Below, piece by piece: positions 63,861-64,000 of a stretch of DNA of 64,000 nucleotides. The translations under genes were made by a program, and so were the position numbers. Under the pieces are notes generated by a model. The model saw nothing but the letters and a program-made list of their open reading frames with translations. It was not told the origin of the DNA and ran no database searches. The stretch's first letter is position 1. Every line of letters begins with the position of its first letter. Source of the DNA: Utricularia gibba (taxonomy: Eukaryota > Plantae > Magnoliophyta); assembly GCA_002189035.1 (NCBI GenBank), contig NEEC01000009.1:2170001-2234000 (forward strand), read 5' to 3'.

Positions 63861-64000
63861 ATCTTCATCGTATCCATGATTGGTGTTGTGATGAGAAAAT
63901 AGCCCTGATACACCAACCTACAACTTCATTCCTGTTTTTGTGCAGGATACGTTGGAGTTCTTTTTCGTCTCTGCATTCATGCATTCCTCTCTGTCTTCTA

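Overview
This is plant nuclear DNA, not prokaryotic. It is very gene-dense (about 24 spliced or intronless genes in 64 kb, introns mostly 70-300 nt, no recognisable transposon). The compactness plus an NRC-type NLR fragment suggest an asterid/Lamiales compact genome such as Lentibulariaceae; this is inference only. Genes in order: SDR pseudogene(-), prohibitin(+), IQM(+), stand-alone NLR coiled-coil ORF(+), LCYE(+), conserved unknown(-), PME(+), RBR E3 ligase(-), eIF3K(-), DREB-A5 ERF(+), JAZ(-), PME(-), Aha1-N(-), large conserved unknown membrane protein(-), MBD2(-), TOM7(-), conserved unknown(+), RPP3(+), core-2/I-branching GT(+), MSR(-), p23(+), FIP2(+), Met synthase(+), MIR166(+), EEF1AKMT1(+). 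No rRNA, tRNA or CRISPR array was found. The best leads are: (1) a CC-only NRC/MADA-like protein whose N-terminus is capped by a targeting-like peptide; (2) a JAZ with a degenerate COI1 degron; (3) a MIR166 hairpin with a 7-nt bulge next to the duplex; (4) single-base frameshifts in G/C runs in both PME genes; (5) a five-copy motif in the Met-synthase leader intron. Exon boundaries were read by eye and family assignments are from recalled motifs, not database searches.
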